Positions 40,903-53,220 of a DNA stretch of 64,000 nt are shown piece after piece (positions within the stretch are counted from its first letter, which is position 1; the number at the start of each line of letters is the position of its first letter). The translations under genes and the position numbers were made by a program. The stretch spans positions 106,704,001-106,768,000 of the forward strand of contig CM059432.1 of the NCBI GenBank assembly GCA_030390025.1, written 5' to 3'. The DNA is from Squalus acanthias. Lineage: Eukaryota. A model generated the notes under the pieces. The model searched no databases. It was not told the origin of the DNA and worked only from the letters and a program-made list of their open reading frames with translations.

Positions 40903-41330
40903 CGGAGTGACTCCTGCTAGCGCCTGGAAGCTGCGCAGAAGCGTACTGCACATTAATCTGGAACCGGAAGCATGTTGTTTCTGTTTTTTATACGAGCCCA
41001 CTCCCTCCCTGATAGTTTTTCAAGGATCCCGCTCCCTCCCCGGCAGTTTTTCAAGGAGATTTTCAAACAGCCACCAAACTTTCTCCAAATGACAAGGTGT
41101 CCACGTTATTTTATAAAGTTTCATCCCAATTAAAAAGTAAACAGAACCTATACAAAATAAGAACTTCCGATATGACTGTGGCAGCCTCTTCACGGAGCAA
41201 CAAACAGTCGCTGCAAACAGCTTCACAGCATAGTTTCACCCAACAGTTTAAAAAAAAAAAATCGGAACCACCAAAAAACACAGAGTGCGCAGGCGCAACC
41301 AATTCATTTCGTTGGCAGCAGTCGCGTCCA
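40903..41330. mobile_element. Unclassified 428-bp non-autonomous DNA element
   Basis: Interrupts a CR1; (a)ttttttaa on both sides; imperfect TIR cggagtgactcctgc versus tggacgcgactgctgc. Confidence 0.6.
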
Positions 41331-42229
41331 TTTTTTAAAAGGTGCGAGACGAGTAAATGTTGGTATTCAGAGGAATTTGGGGCTCCTTGTACACGGATCG
41401 CAGAAAGTTAGCATGCAGGTACAGCAAGCAATTAGGAAGGCAAATGGTATGTTAGCCTTTATTGCAAGGGGGTTGGAGTACAAGAGTAAGGAAGCCTTAC
41501 TGCAATTATATAGGGCTTTGGTGAGACCATACCTGGGGTACTGTGTACAGTTTTGGTCTTCTTACCTAAGGAGGGATATACTTGCCTTAGAGGGAGTGCA
41601 ACAAATGTTCCCTAGGTTGATTCCTGGGATCAGTGGGTTGTCCTCTGAGGAAAGATTAAGTAGAATGGGCCTATATTCTCTGGAGTTTAGAAGTGAGAGG
41701 TGATCTTATTGAAATGTAAAAAAAATCATAGATGGCTTGACAGGGTAGATGCTGAGAGGCTGTTTCTCCTGGCTGGAGAGTCTAGAACTAGGGGGCATAG
41801 TCTAAGGATAAAGGATCGGCCATCTAGGACTGAGATGAGGAGAAATTTCTTCACTCAGAGGGTTGTGAATCTTTGGAATTCTCTACCTCAGAGGGCTGTC
41901 GATGAGTATATTCAAGACTGCGATCGATAGATTCTTGGGCATGAAGGGAATCAAGGGATATGGGGATAAGGCGGGAAAGTGGAGTTAATGTAGAAATTCA
42001 ACCATGATCTTATTGAACGGCGGAGCAGGCTCAAGGGCTGTAAGGCCTACTCCAGCTCCTATTTCTTATGTTCATATATTCTTAAACTCAAACCTTGTGG
42101 AGCTATTGTAGCCAATCTGACTGGTCTGAACTGATGGTTTTTCTGTTGAGAAATACTTTGCGAGGCGTTAAGTGTTTACCCGATACAATTTTAGTCATGA
42201 GTTGAAATCAAAAAATTTATACAACTAAA

Positions 42230-42540
42230 AGAAAAACTTGCATTTATGTAGCGCCTTTCATGACCTCAGGACATCCCAAAGCACTTTACAGTCAATGAAG
42301 TACTTTTTGAGGTGTAGTCACTGTTGTAGTGTAAGAAACTACAACAACTTGCATTGATATCGCACCTTTAACGTAGTAAAACGTCCCAAGGTGCTTCACA
42401 GGTGCGCAATCAGACAAAATTTGACTCCGAGCCACATCATGAGATATTTGGGCATGTGAATAAAATCTTGGTCATAGAGGTAGGTTTTAAAGAGAGTCTT
42501 AAAGGAGGAGAGAGAGATAGAGAGTATGAGAAGTTTAGGA
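42230..42540 (-). mobile_element. DeuSINE tail and L2 3' end remnants
   Basis: aacttgcatttatgtagcgccttt and acaacaacttgcattgatatcgcacc are reverse complements of the tails at about 49350-49410 and 21900-21958. Confidence 0.65.
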
Positions 42541-43073
42541 GCAAAAGACAAACAAAAAGCAGTTTTTTCACATGCATTATGCATACACACAATATAAACA
42601 CTCATGTCATAAAGCAATGTATCCTCCTGCTCAAAATGGGGCCCACTACTGTCTATGTTAAGTAGTTTTAAAAAGTGTGATTGATGAAGGAAAACTGCTA
42701 TCTCGATCGTTAAAAGCCCAATTCAAGGGAGGACAGTTGCTTCTAAAATACTGACTTAATTATAATCTTCTAAGAGCTACTTTTCCTTGATCCCAAGAAC
42801 ATGTTGGGCTTACACTGGAAGAAAAATTGCAGCCCTCTAGATTAAAAACTTTCTTCCTGCATCGAGGTTTGTTCAGATGTGCCAATTTGTTGGCTTCAGT
42901 TGGTGTTTGTGAAAACTTGTGATGTCTTCAAAACAGTTTTACATTTGTTTCTATGCTATGGTACTTAAGCTCTTTAATTTTAATAGATCTGTAAAAACCT
43001 TGTGCTGTACTAAGTAAATGTACTGTGCTTAATTTGGTGTGTGCTTAATTTTACAACATTATTATGTTTGCAG

Positions 43074-43148
43074 CTTACGTCCACAAAAAGTGAGTCTCGA
43101 CTGAAATATCTCCTGCAGCGATTGCCTGGCTACTGTCCTGAGTCCATG
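43074..43148 (+). CDS. RECK: RECK coding exon (equivalent to human exon 3)
   Basis: 75 bp between tttgcag and gtaaga; LTSTKSESRLKYLLQRLPGYCPESM versus human IFSSKSESRLKHLLQRAPDYCPETM as recalled. Confidence 0.96.
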
Positions 43149-43444
43149 GTAAGAGGAATGTGGACTAATCTTATTAACTTAAAACTACCAATTTACTTGC
43201 TGCATATTATTGTCAGTATAGATCTGTTGTACCGGTTTGAAACATCTTCTAGTTAGACTAATGTGGGATGCCAGAACTTAGTTATGCTGCCAACCGTGCA
43301 TTGCTGTCTGCCAAGGAAAATTTAAATGTGATTATCTTTCAGTGACTAAGTTAAATATTGTCATCTATAGCTGGAAGTACTTGATAAATAAGTGACACAA
43401 TTTTTTAAAACGCTTGAAAGATTTTTAAATGTGTTGTTTTTCAG

Positions 43445-43481
43445 TTCGAGTTCTGGGTTTGCATCAACTCTTCTTTGCCTG
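43445..43481 (+). CDS. RECK: RECK coding exon (equivalent to human exon 4)
   Basis: 37 bp between tttttcag and gtaagt; FEFWVCINSSLP(G) versus human VEIWNCMNSSLPG as recalled. Phase fits both neighbours. Confidence 0.94.
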
Positions 43482-43564
43482 GTAAGTAACGATATTGTGT
43501 GAATTGAGAAGAATGAATGATCATACAACAACAACAACTTGTATTTATATAGCGCCTTTAAGAA

Positions 43565-46500
43565 GAACATAACATAAGATTTAGGAGCAGGAGTAGGCCA
43601 TACGGCCCCTCGAGCCTGCTCCACCATTCAATAAGATCATGGGTGATCGTCGACCTCAACTCCACTTTCCTGCCTAATCTCCATATTCTTTGATTCCCCT
43701 AGAGTCCAAAAATCTATCTATCTCAGCCTTGAATATACTCAACGATTCAGCATCCACAGCCCTTTGGGGTAGAGAATTCCAAAGATTCACAACCTTCTGA
43801 GTGAAGAAATTCCTCCTCATCTCCGTCTTAAATGGCCGACCCCTTATCCTGAGACAATGCCTCCTAGTTGTAGACTCTCCAGCCAGGGGAAACAACCTCT
43901 CAGCATCTACCCTGTCGGTTCCCCTGAGGATCTTATGTTTCAATGAGATCACCTCTCATTCTTCTAAACTCTAGAGCGTATAGGCCCAATCTGCTCAATC
44001 TCTCCTCATAGGACAACCCTCTCATCCCAGGAATCAATCTAGTGAACCTTCATTGCACCGCCTCTAAGGCAAGCATATCCTTCCTCAGATGAGGAGACCA
44101 AAACTGTGCACAGTACTCCAGGCGTGGTCTCACCAAAGCCCTGTACAATTGTAGCAAGACTTGCTTACTCTTGTACTCCAACCCCTTTGCAATAAAGGTC
44201 AACATGCTATTTGGCTTCCTAATTGCTTGCTGTACCTTCATAGAAACATAGAAGATAGGAGCAGGAGTAGGCCATTCGGCCCCTCGAGCCTGCTCCGCCA
44301 TTTAATGAGATCATTGGCTGATCATCCAAATTCAGTACCCTGTCCCTGCTTTCTCCCCATATCCCTTGATCCCTTTAGCCTTAAGAAATATATCTAACTC
44401 CTTCTTGAATATATTTAATGAATTGGCCTCAACTGCCTTCTGTGGTAGAGAATTCCACAGGTTCACCACTCTCTGGGTGAAGAAATTCCTCCTCATCTCA
44501 GTCCTAAATGGCTTACCCCTTATCCTTAGACTGTGACCCCTGGTTCTGGACTCCCCCGCCATCGGGAACATCCTTCCTGCATCTAGTCTGTCTAGTCCTG
44601 TTAGAATTTTATAAGTTTCAATGAGATCCCCTCTCATTCTTCTAAACTCGAGCGAATACAAGCCCAATTGTCCCAATCTCTCTTCATACGTCATTCCTGC
44701 CATCCCAGGTATCAGTCTGGTAAATCTTCGCTGCACTCCCTCCATGGCAAGAACATCCTTCCTCAGATAAGGTGACCAAAACTGCACACAATACTCAAGG
44801 TGTGGTCTCACCAAGGCCCTGTACAACTGCAGCAAGACATCCTTGCTCCTGTACTCGAATCCTCTTGCTATGAAGGCCAACATACCATTTGCCTTCTTAA
44901 CCGCCTGCTGCACCTGCATGCTTACCTTCAGCGACTGGTGCACAAGGACTCCCAGGTCTCATTGCACTTCCCCTTTACCCAATCCATTGCCGTTCAGATA
45001 ATAATCTGCCTTCCTGTTTTTGCCACCAAAGTGGATAACCTCGCATTTCTCCACATTATACTGTATCTGCCATGCATCTGCCCAATCACCCAACTTGTCC
45101 AAATCAGACTGGAGTTTCTCTGCATCCTCCTCACAACACACACGCCCACCCAGCTTTGTGTCGTCTGCAAACTTAGAGATATTACATCGAGTTCCCTCGT
45201 CTAGATCATTAATATATATTGTGAATAACTGGGGTCCTAGCACCGATCCCTGCGGTACCCCACTAGTCACTGCCTGCCACTCGGAAAAAGACCCGTTTAT
45301 TCCAACTCTTTGCTTCCTGTCTGCCAACCAGTTCTCTATCCAAGTCAGTACCTTACCCCCAATCCCATGTGCTTTAACTTTGCACGCTAATCTCTTATGC
45401 GGGACCTTATCGAAAGCCTTCTGAAAGTCTAAATACACCACATCCACTGGTTCTCCCTTATCTATTCTACCAGTTACATCCTCAAAAAATTCCTTTAGAT
45501 TAGTCAAGCATGATTTACCTTTTGTAAATCCATGTTGACTTTGTCCGATCCTGTCACTGTTTGCCAAGTGCTCTGCTGTTACATCTTTTGTAATGGACTC
45601 TAGGATTTTCCCCACTACCGATGTCAGGCTTATAATTCCCCGTTTTCTCTCTCCCACCTTTTTTAAATAGTGGGGTTACATTAGCTACCCTCCAATCCAT
45701 GGGAACTGATCCAGAGTCTATAGAATTTTGGAAGATGACCAGCAATGCATCTACTATTTCTAGGGCCACTTCCTTAAGTACCCTAGGATGTAGACTATCG
45801 GGCCCTGGGGATTTATCGGCCTTCAATCCCGTCAATTTCCCTAACACCATTTCCCTACAAATACTGATTTCATTCAGTTCTTCCCTCTCATTAGACCCTA
45901 TGTTCCCCGACATCTCTGGGAGGTTATTTGTGTCCTCCTTTGTGAAGACAGAACCAAAGTATTTATTTAATTGGTCTGCCATTTCTTTGTTCCCCATTAT
46001 AAATTCCCCTGATTCTGACTGCAAGGGACCTACGCTTGACTTCACCAATCTTTTTCTCTTCACGTATCTATAGAAGCTTTTACAGTCAGTTTTTATGTTC
46101 CCTGCAAGCTTACTCTCATATTCTATTTTCCCCCTCTTAATTAATCCCTTTGTCGTCCTTTGCTGAATCCTAAACTGCTCCCAATCCTCAGGTTTGCTGC
46201 TTTTTCTGGCCAATTTATATGTCCTCTCCTTGGATCTTATGCTATCCCTAATTTCATGCTAACTCTCTGTGTTTCCTAAATCTCTCTGAACACCAACATT
46301 TAATAGTTTCTCACCATTTAAAAAGATATTCTGTTTTTCCCTTTCATGAACCATGTTGACTCTGCCTAATCATATTATGATTTTTTAAGTGCCCTGTTAC
46401 CAGTTGCTTAATAATGTATTCCAGCATTTTCCTGGCTAACTGGCCTGTAGTTCCCTGTTTTCTCTCTCGCCTCTTTTCTTGAATAGCGGGGTTACATTTG

Positions 46501-47965
46501 TTACCTTCCAATCCGCTGGGACCGTTCTAGAATCTAGGGAATTTTGGAAGCTCACAACCAATGCATCCACTATCTCTGCAGCCAGAACCCTAGGATGTAG
46601 GCCATCAGGTCCAGGGATTTGTCGGCTTTTAGTCCCATTAGTTTCTCAAGTACTTTTTCTCTACTGATCTTAATTACTTTAAGTTCCTCACTCTCATTAG
46701 CCCCTTGGCTCCCCACTCTTTTTGGTATGCTTTTTGTGTCTTTTACTGTGAGGACAGATGCCAAATATTTGTTCAAAGCCTCTGCCATTTCCTTATTCCC
46801 CATTATAATTTCATCTGTCTCAGCCTCTAAGGGACCAACGCTTACTTTTGCTACTCTCTTCCTTTTTAACATACTTGTCGAAACTCTTACAATCTGTTTT
46901 TATATTTCTTACTAGTTTACTCTCATTCAGTTTTCTCGCTTTTCATCAATTTTTTGGTCATCCTTTGCTGGTTTCTAAAGCTCTTCCACTCTTTGGGCTT
47001 ATTCCTATTTTTGTAACATTTTAAGCCTCTTTAATCTAAAACTATCCTTAACTCCTTCAGTTAGCCACGGATGGATCAATTTCCCGTGGAGTTTTTATTT
47101 CTCAATGGAATGTATATTCGTTGAGAATTTTGGAATATTTCTTTAAATGTTTGCCACTGCTGATCTACTGACATACCTTTTTAATCTAATTTCCCCATCT
47201 GCCTTAGCCAACTCGCCCCTCATACACTTAAATAAAGCCAATTACATAGGTAACACTTTAGTTTCGGACCTAAGTATTTCACACTCAAACCCAATGAAAT
47301 TCTCTCATTATTATCACTCTTCCCCAGGGGATCCTTTGCTATGAGATTTCTAATTAACCTTGTCTCATTACACAATACAAGATCTAAAATAGCCTGTTCC
47401 TTGGTTGGTTCCATGACGTATTGTTCTGGGAAACGGTCTCAAATGCATTCCGTGAACCCGTGCTCCAGACGACCTTTGCCAATTTGATTGGACCAGTCTG
47501 TATGAAGATTAAAGTCCCGCACAATTATTGCATTTTTGTTACAAGCTCCTATTATTTGTTGATTAATACTCTGTCCAACGGTATAGCTACTGTTAGGGGG
47601 CTTATCAACTACTCCCACCAATGTTTTCTGCCCCATGTTATTTGTAATCACCACCCATACTGATTCTACTTCCTGATTTCCGAGCCAAGTTCCTTTCTCA
47701 CTACTGTCTTTATGTTATCCTTTATTATCAGGACTACCTCCCCCTCCTTTTCCATTCTGCCTGTCTTTTCGAAACATCAAGTACCCTGGAATATTTAGTT
47801 CCCAACCTTGGTCACCCTGCAACCACGCCTCTGTAATGGCTATTAGATCAAGCCCATTTATCTCTATTTGTGTCACTAATTCGTCTATCTTGTTACGAAT
47901 GCTTCGTGCATTCAGATAAAGAGCCTTTAATTTTAACTTTTTACCATTATTCCCTGCTTTCCCCA
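43565..47965 (-). mobile_element. CR1 with internal deletions, split by a younger CR1
   Basis: Tail at 43565; pieces 43565-44238 and 46253-47965; reaches KLKALYLNARSIRNK. Confidence 0.85.
44239..46252 (-). mobile_element. 5'-truncated CR1, same subfamily as copy B
   Basis: Translation nearly identical to 16051-17790 (..KGIKGYGEKAGTGY*); ttcat at both junctions. Confidence 0.92.
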
Positions 47966-48205
47966 TAACATCGTAAAAATGTCCCAAGACGCTTCACAGG
48001 AGCGTTATCAAACAAAATTTGACACTGAGCCACATGGGATATTAGGGCAGATGACCAAAAGCTTGGTCAAAGAGGTAGGTTTTAAGAAGAGTCTTAAAGG
48101 AGGAAAGAGAGGTGGAGAGGTTTAGCGAGGGAATTCCAGAGCTTAGAGCTGAAGGCAGCTCAAGAGGCCAGAATTGGAGTAGCGCAGATATCTCAAAGTT
48201 GTAGG

Positions 48206-48349
48206 CAATGTTCCCTCTAATTTTTTTCCCCCTGCGCGGGCCATTTAATTCTACTGCGTAGCCGCGCATGCGCCGTATCTCTTCCAGCAGAAAACCTGGT
48301 GTGCGGCCTGTGCGGGACCTCGTGATCGCAAACCTTAGGGGGAACGTTG
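48206..48349. mobile_element. 144-bp hAT-type MITE
   Basis: TIR CAA(T/C)GTTCCC(T/C)CTAA; 8-bp duplication gttgtagg / gctgtagg. A related end may lie at about 63680-63699. Confidence 0.85.
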
Positions 48350-48971
48350 GCTGTAGGGCTGGAGGAGATTACAAAGGTAGGGAGGGGCGAGGCCATGGAA
48401 GGATTTGAAAACAAGGATGAGAATTTTAAAATCAAGGCGTTGCTTAACCGAGAGCCAATGTAGGTCAGCGAGCACAGGGGTGATGAGTGAACGGGACTTG
48501 GTGCAAGTTAGGACACGGGCAGCAGGGTTTTGGATGACCTTAAGTTTATGGAGGATGGAAGATGGCAGCCGGCTAGGAGTGCATTGGAATAATCAAGTCT
48601 AGAGGTAACAAAAGCATGGATGAGGGTTTCAGCAGCGGAAGAGCAGGGGCGGAGTCGGGCAATGTTCCGGAGGTGGAAATAGGCGATCTTAGTGATATGT
48701 GATTGGAAGCTCATCTCTGGGTCAAATATGACACCAAGGTTGCGAACGGTCTGGTTCAGCCTTAGACAGTTGCCAGGGAGAGGGATGGAGTCGGTGGCTA
48801 GGGAACAGAGTTTGTGGCGGGGACCAAAGACCATGGGTTTGGTCTTCCCAATATTTAGCTGGAGGAAATTTCTACTCATCCAGTACTGGATGCCGGACAA
48901 GTAGTATGACAATTTAGGGACCGTGGTGGGGTCGAGAGAGGTGGTGGTGAGCTAGAGCTGGGTGTCCTAAG

Positions 48972-49420
48972 CGTGGCTCGGTTGGTAGCACTCGTCTCTG
49001 AGTCAGAAGGATGTGGGTTCAAGTCCCACTCCAGAGACATGAGCACAAAAATCTAGGCTGACACTCCAGTGCAGTGCTGAGGAAGTGCTGCGCTGTCGGA
49101 GGTGCTGTCTTTCGGATGAGATGTTAAACCGAAGCCCTGTCTGCTCTCAGGTGGACGTAAAAGATCCCATGGCACTATTTCGAAGAAGAGCAGGCGTGTT
49201 ATCCCCGGTGTCCTGACATATTTATCCCTCAATCAACAGCACCAAAAAAAACAGATTATCTGGTCACTATCACATTGCTGTTTGTGGGAACTTGCAGTGC
49301 ACAAATTGGTTGCCGTGTTTCCTACATTACACTTTAAAAAGTACTTCATTGGCTGTAAAGCGCTTTGGGACGTCCGGTGGTTGTGAAAGGCGCTATATAA
49401 ATGCAATTCTTTCTTTTTCT
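48972..49420 (+). mobile_element. DeuSINE-superfamily SINE (SacSINE1/AmnSINE1-like)
   Basis: A box tggctcggttgg and B box ggttcaagtcc; central tctttcggatgagatgttaaaccg..aaagatcccatggcactatttcgaagaagagcagg resembles the Deu domain as recalled; L2-like tail. Confidence 0.85.
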
Positions 49421-51153
49421 TTCATTCCTGAGGCCTGCAGAAGCTGCGGTCGCAATGCTAGTAATCCCTTGCAGGTGATTCTCTGGCTACAACTGAATAG
49501 ATAACAATTGAACCAGGCAAGTGCAGTCCCACCCAGCTGGCGACGGTGTGGTGAACCGTGTCGAAGCTGCAGACAAGTCGAGATGGACGAGGAGGGATAG
49601 TTTACCATTGTCACAGTCACATAGGATGTCATTTGTGACGTTGATAAGAACTGTTTCGATACTGTGGCAGGGGCGGTAACCTGATTCGAGGGATTCAAAC
49701 ATGGAGTTCCGGGAAAGACGGGCATGGATTTTGGAGGCGAGATTGCGTTCAAAGACTTTGGAGAGGAAAGGGAGGTTGGAGATGGGATGGTAGTTTGCAA
49801 GGATGGAGGGGTCAAGGGTTGGTTTTTTGAGGAGAGGGGTAATGACGGCAAATTTGAAGGAGAGGGGGAACAGTACCTGAGGGGAGAAAACCGTCAACAA
49901 TATCAGCTAACATGGGAGCCAGGGAGAGAAGTTTGGTGGTCAGCAGTTTAGTGGGAATTGAGTCAAGGGAGCAGGAGGTGGGTCCTTTGGACGAGGTAGG
50001 TCTTATGAACAAGATGAGCTCGGAGAAGGCATGAGGGGAGATAGGAGAGAAACTAGAGAAAGATATGAGTTCAGGGCTGGGGCAGGGAGGGAACCTTAGA
50101 GGAAGTTTGACTTGGTGAACTCGGGGAAGGGAGGGAAACAACAGAAGCAGCTGAACGGATGGTCTCAATCTTAGTGACAAAGACGTCCTTGAGCTCCTCG
50201 CACTTGTTGTTGGAGGTGTGGGTGGAGGAGACCTTTACTTGAAAGGAAATGAACAATTGGGAATTGTATCTGGTGTAATGGATTCCACAGTCTTACTGTT
50301 CGCTGATTTGAAACACTCAGCTGTAGCCATGATCGGATCATTACTGTACAAAGTGCTTCACCAGACTCTCGTATTTTGCCTCTTTTTAAAAATAAAACAT
50401 GAAAATAAATAAATGATTGCTCTATCTTTGAGTGGGTCTGCGCTTGTTTGGAATCTTCATCCTTATGAAGAAGTACGTGGGACTTCACTGATGGTACAGC
50501 ACAGATTGGGATTGCACCTATCAGCAACTGCTTGTGTAGTAATAGACACCAAGCTAGTCACAAGTTCTTGAATTTCTTGGTGCAATGGTCAGCCACTTAT
50601 CAGCCCAAGCCTGAATGTCGTCCAGGTCTTGCTGCTTGCGGGCATGGACTGCTTCATTATTTGAGGAGTTGCAAATGGAACTGAACACTTTGCAATCATC
50701 AGCGAACATCCCTATTTCTGACTTTATGATGGAGGGAAGGTCATTGCTGAAACAGCTGAAGACGGTTATGCCTAGGATACTGCCCTGAGGAACTCCTGCA
50801 GTGATGTCCTGGGGCTGAGTTGATTGACCTCCAGCAACCACAACCATCGTCCTTTGTGCTAGGTGTGACTCCAGCCAGTGGAGAGTTTTCCCCCTGATTT
50901 CCATTGACTTCAATTTTACTGGGGCTATTTGATGCCACACTTGGTCAAATGCTGCCTTGATGACAAGGGCAGTCACTCTCGCCTCACCTCTGGAATTCAG
51001 CTCTTTTGTCCATGTATGGACCAAGGCTGTAATGAGGTCTGGAGCTGAGTGGTCCTGGCGGAACTCAAACTGAGCATCAGTGTGCAGGTAATAAAAACAG
51101 AAAATGCTGGAAATACTCAGCAGGTCAGGCAGCATCTGTGGAGAGAGAAACAG

Positions 51154-51190
51154 AGTTAACGTTTCAGGTCGATGACCCTTCGTCAGAACT
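51154..51190 (-). ncRNA. Minimal type I hammerhead ribozyme
   Basis: Minus strand: agtt-CTGACGA-agggtcatcgacct-GAAAC-GTT-aact. Confidence 0.78.
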
Positions 51191-51270
51191 GCAAAGAGTT
51201 GGAGATGGAACAGATTTTTCAGCAAGTTACAAGAAATGTTAACTCTGTTTCTCCATCTCCAACTTTTTCC

Positions 51271-51307
51271 AGTTCTGACGAAAGGTCATCGACCTGAAAC
51301 GTTAACT
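51271..51307 (+). ncRNA. Minimal type I hammerhead ribozyme
   Basis: agtt-CTGACGA-a-aggtc-atc-gacct-GAAAC-GTT-aact; stems I and II pair perfectly and helix III is the palindrome AACGTT. Confidence 0.8.
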
Positions 51308-53144
51308 CTGTTACTCTCTCCACAGATGCTGCCTGACCTGCTGAGTATTTCCAGCATTTTCTGTTTGTATTTCGGATTTCCAGCATCTGCAGTATTTTGC
51401 TTTTGTATCAGTGTGCCGGTTATTGGTGAGTAAGTGCTGCTTGATAGCACTGTCGATGAGACCTTCCATCACTTTACTGATGATTGAGAGCAGACTGATG
51501 GGGCGGTAATTGGCCGAATTGGATTTATCCTGCTTTTTGTGGACAGGACATACCTGGGCAGTTTTCCACATTGTCGGGTAGATGTACGTACTGGAACATC
51601 TTGGCTAGAGGCGTGGCTAGTTATGGAGCACAAGTCTTCAGGACGACAGCCGGGATATTGTCGGGGCCCATAGCCTTTGCTGTATCCAGTGCGCTCAGCC
51701 GTTTCGTGGAGTGAATCGAATTGGCTGAAGACTGGCTTCTGTGATGATGGAGACCTCAGGAGGAGGCGAGATGGATCATCCACTCGACACCTCTGGCCGA
51801 AGATGGTTCCAAACGCTTCAGCCTTGTCTTTTGCACTCGTGTGCTGGGCTCTGCCATCATTGGGGATAGGCATATTCATGGAGCCTGCTCCTCCTGTTAG
51901 TTGTTTAATTGTCCATCACCATTCACGACTGAATGTGGCAGGGCTTTGATCTGATACATTGATTGTGGGATCGCTTAGCTCTGTCTATAGCATGCTGCTT
52001 CTACTGTTTAGCATGCATGTAGTCCTGTGTTGCAGCTTCCCCAGGTTGGCACCTAATTTTTAGGTACGCCTGGTGCTGCTCCTGGAATGCTCTTCTACAC
52101 TCCTCATTGATGCCCAGTTTTGATATGCTAGATCTGTTTTGAATTTATCCCATTTAGCACAGTGGTAATGCCACACAACACGATGGAGGGTGTCCTCAGT
52201 GTGAAGAAGTCTCCACCAGGACTGTGTGGTGGTCAATGCTACCAATACTGTCATGGACAGATGCATCTGCGACAGGTAGATTGGTGAGGACGAGGTCAAG
52301 TAGGTTTTTCCCCTCGTGTTGGTTCTCTCACCACCTGCTGCAGGCCCAGTCTGGCAGCTCTGTCCTTCAGAACTCGGCCAGCTTGGTCAGTAGTGGCGCT
52401 ACTGAGCTACTCTTGGCGATGGACATTGAAGTCCCCCACCCAGAGTACATTCTGTGCCCTTGCTACCCTCAGTGTTTCTTCCAAGTGGTGTTCAACATGG
52501 AGGAGTACTGATTCATCAGCTGAGGGAGGGTGGTAGGTGGTAATCAGCAGGAGGTTTCCTTGCCCATGCTTGACCTGAATCCATGAGACTTCATGGGGTC
52601 CGGAGTCAATGTTGAGAACTCCCAGGGCCACTCCCTCCCGACTGTATACCACTGTCCCACCTCTGGTGGGTCAGGATATACCCCGGGATGGAGATGTAGG
52701 TGACTGGGACATTGGGTAATTCTGCGAGTATGACTATGTCAGGCTGTTGCTTGACTCGTCTGTGGGACAGCTCTCCCAATTTTGGCACAAGTCCCCAGTT
52801 AGTGAGGAGGACTTTGCAGGGTCGACTGGGCTAGGTGTGCCATTGTTGTAGCCGAAGCCGGTGCCTAGGTCGATGCTGGGTGGTCCTTCCGGTTTTCTTA
52901 TTGTTTTTTGTAGCGGTTTGTTACAACTGAGTGGCTTGCTCATCCATTTGAGGGCAGTTAAGAGTCAACCACATTGCTATGGGTCTGGAGTCACATATAG
53001 GCCAGACCGGGTAAGTACGGCAGATTTCCTTCCCTAATGGACATTAGTGAACCAGATGGGTTTTTATGATTACCATTACTGATACTAGCTTTTTATTCCA
53101 TATTTATTTAATTAACTGAATTTTTATTCCGCAGCTGCCGTGGT

Positions 53145-53220
53145 GGGAGTTGAACTCACGTCTCTGGATCATTAGTTCAGGCCTTTGAATTACTGGTCCA
53201 GTAACATAACCACTATGCTA
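53145..53220 (-). promoter_or_regulatory. Type 2 Pol III internal promoter (A and B boxes)
   Basis: A box TAGCATAGTGG (53220-53210); B box GAGTTCAACTCCC (53157-53145). Confidence 0.7.

Larger units (their letters stand above)
36800..42075 (+). mobile_element. Older CR1 broken into four pieces (about 36800-37042, 38081-38196, 40757-40902, 41331-42075)
   Basis: RT motifs continue in order across three insertions; 3' tail at about 42060-42075. Confidence 0.8.
47968..50228 (-). mobile_element. L2 LINE hosting a hAT MITE and a DeuSINE
   Basis: NYHPISNLPFLSKVFE, LDLSAA, WMSRNFLQLN, AFVTSRLDYSN. Confidence 0.87.
51093..51406. mobile_element. Inverted pair of Penelope terminal repeats
   Basis: Two oppositely oriented copies; flanking duplication atcagtgtgc(a/c)ggt(a/t)at at 51076-51092 and 51407-51423. 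Confidence 0.88.
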
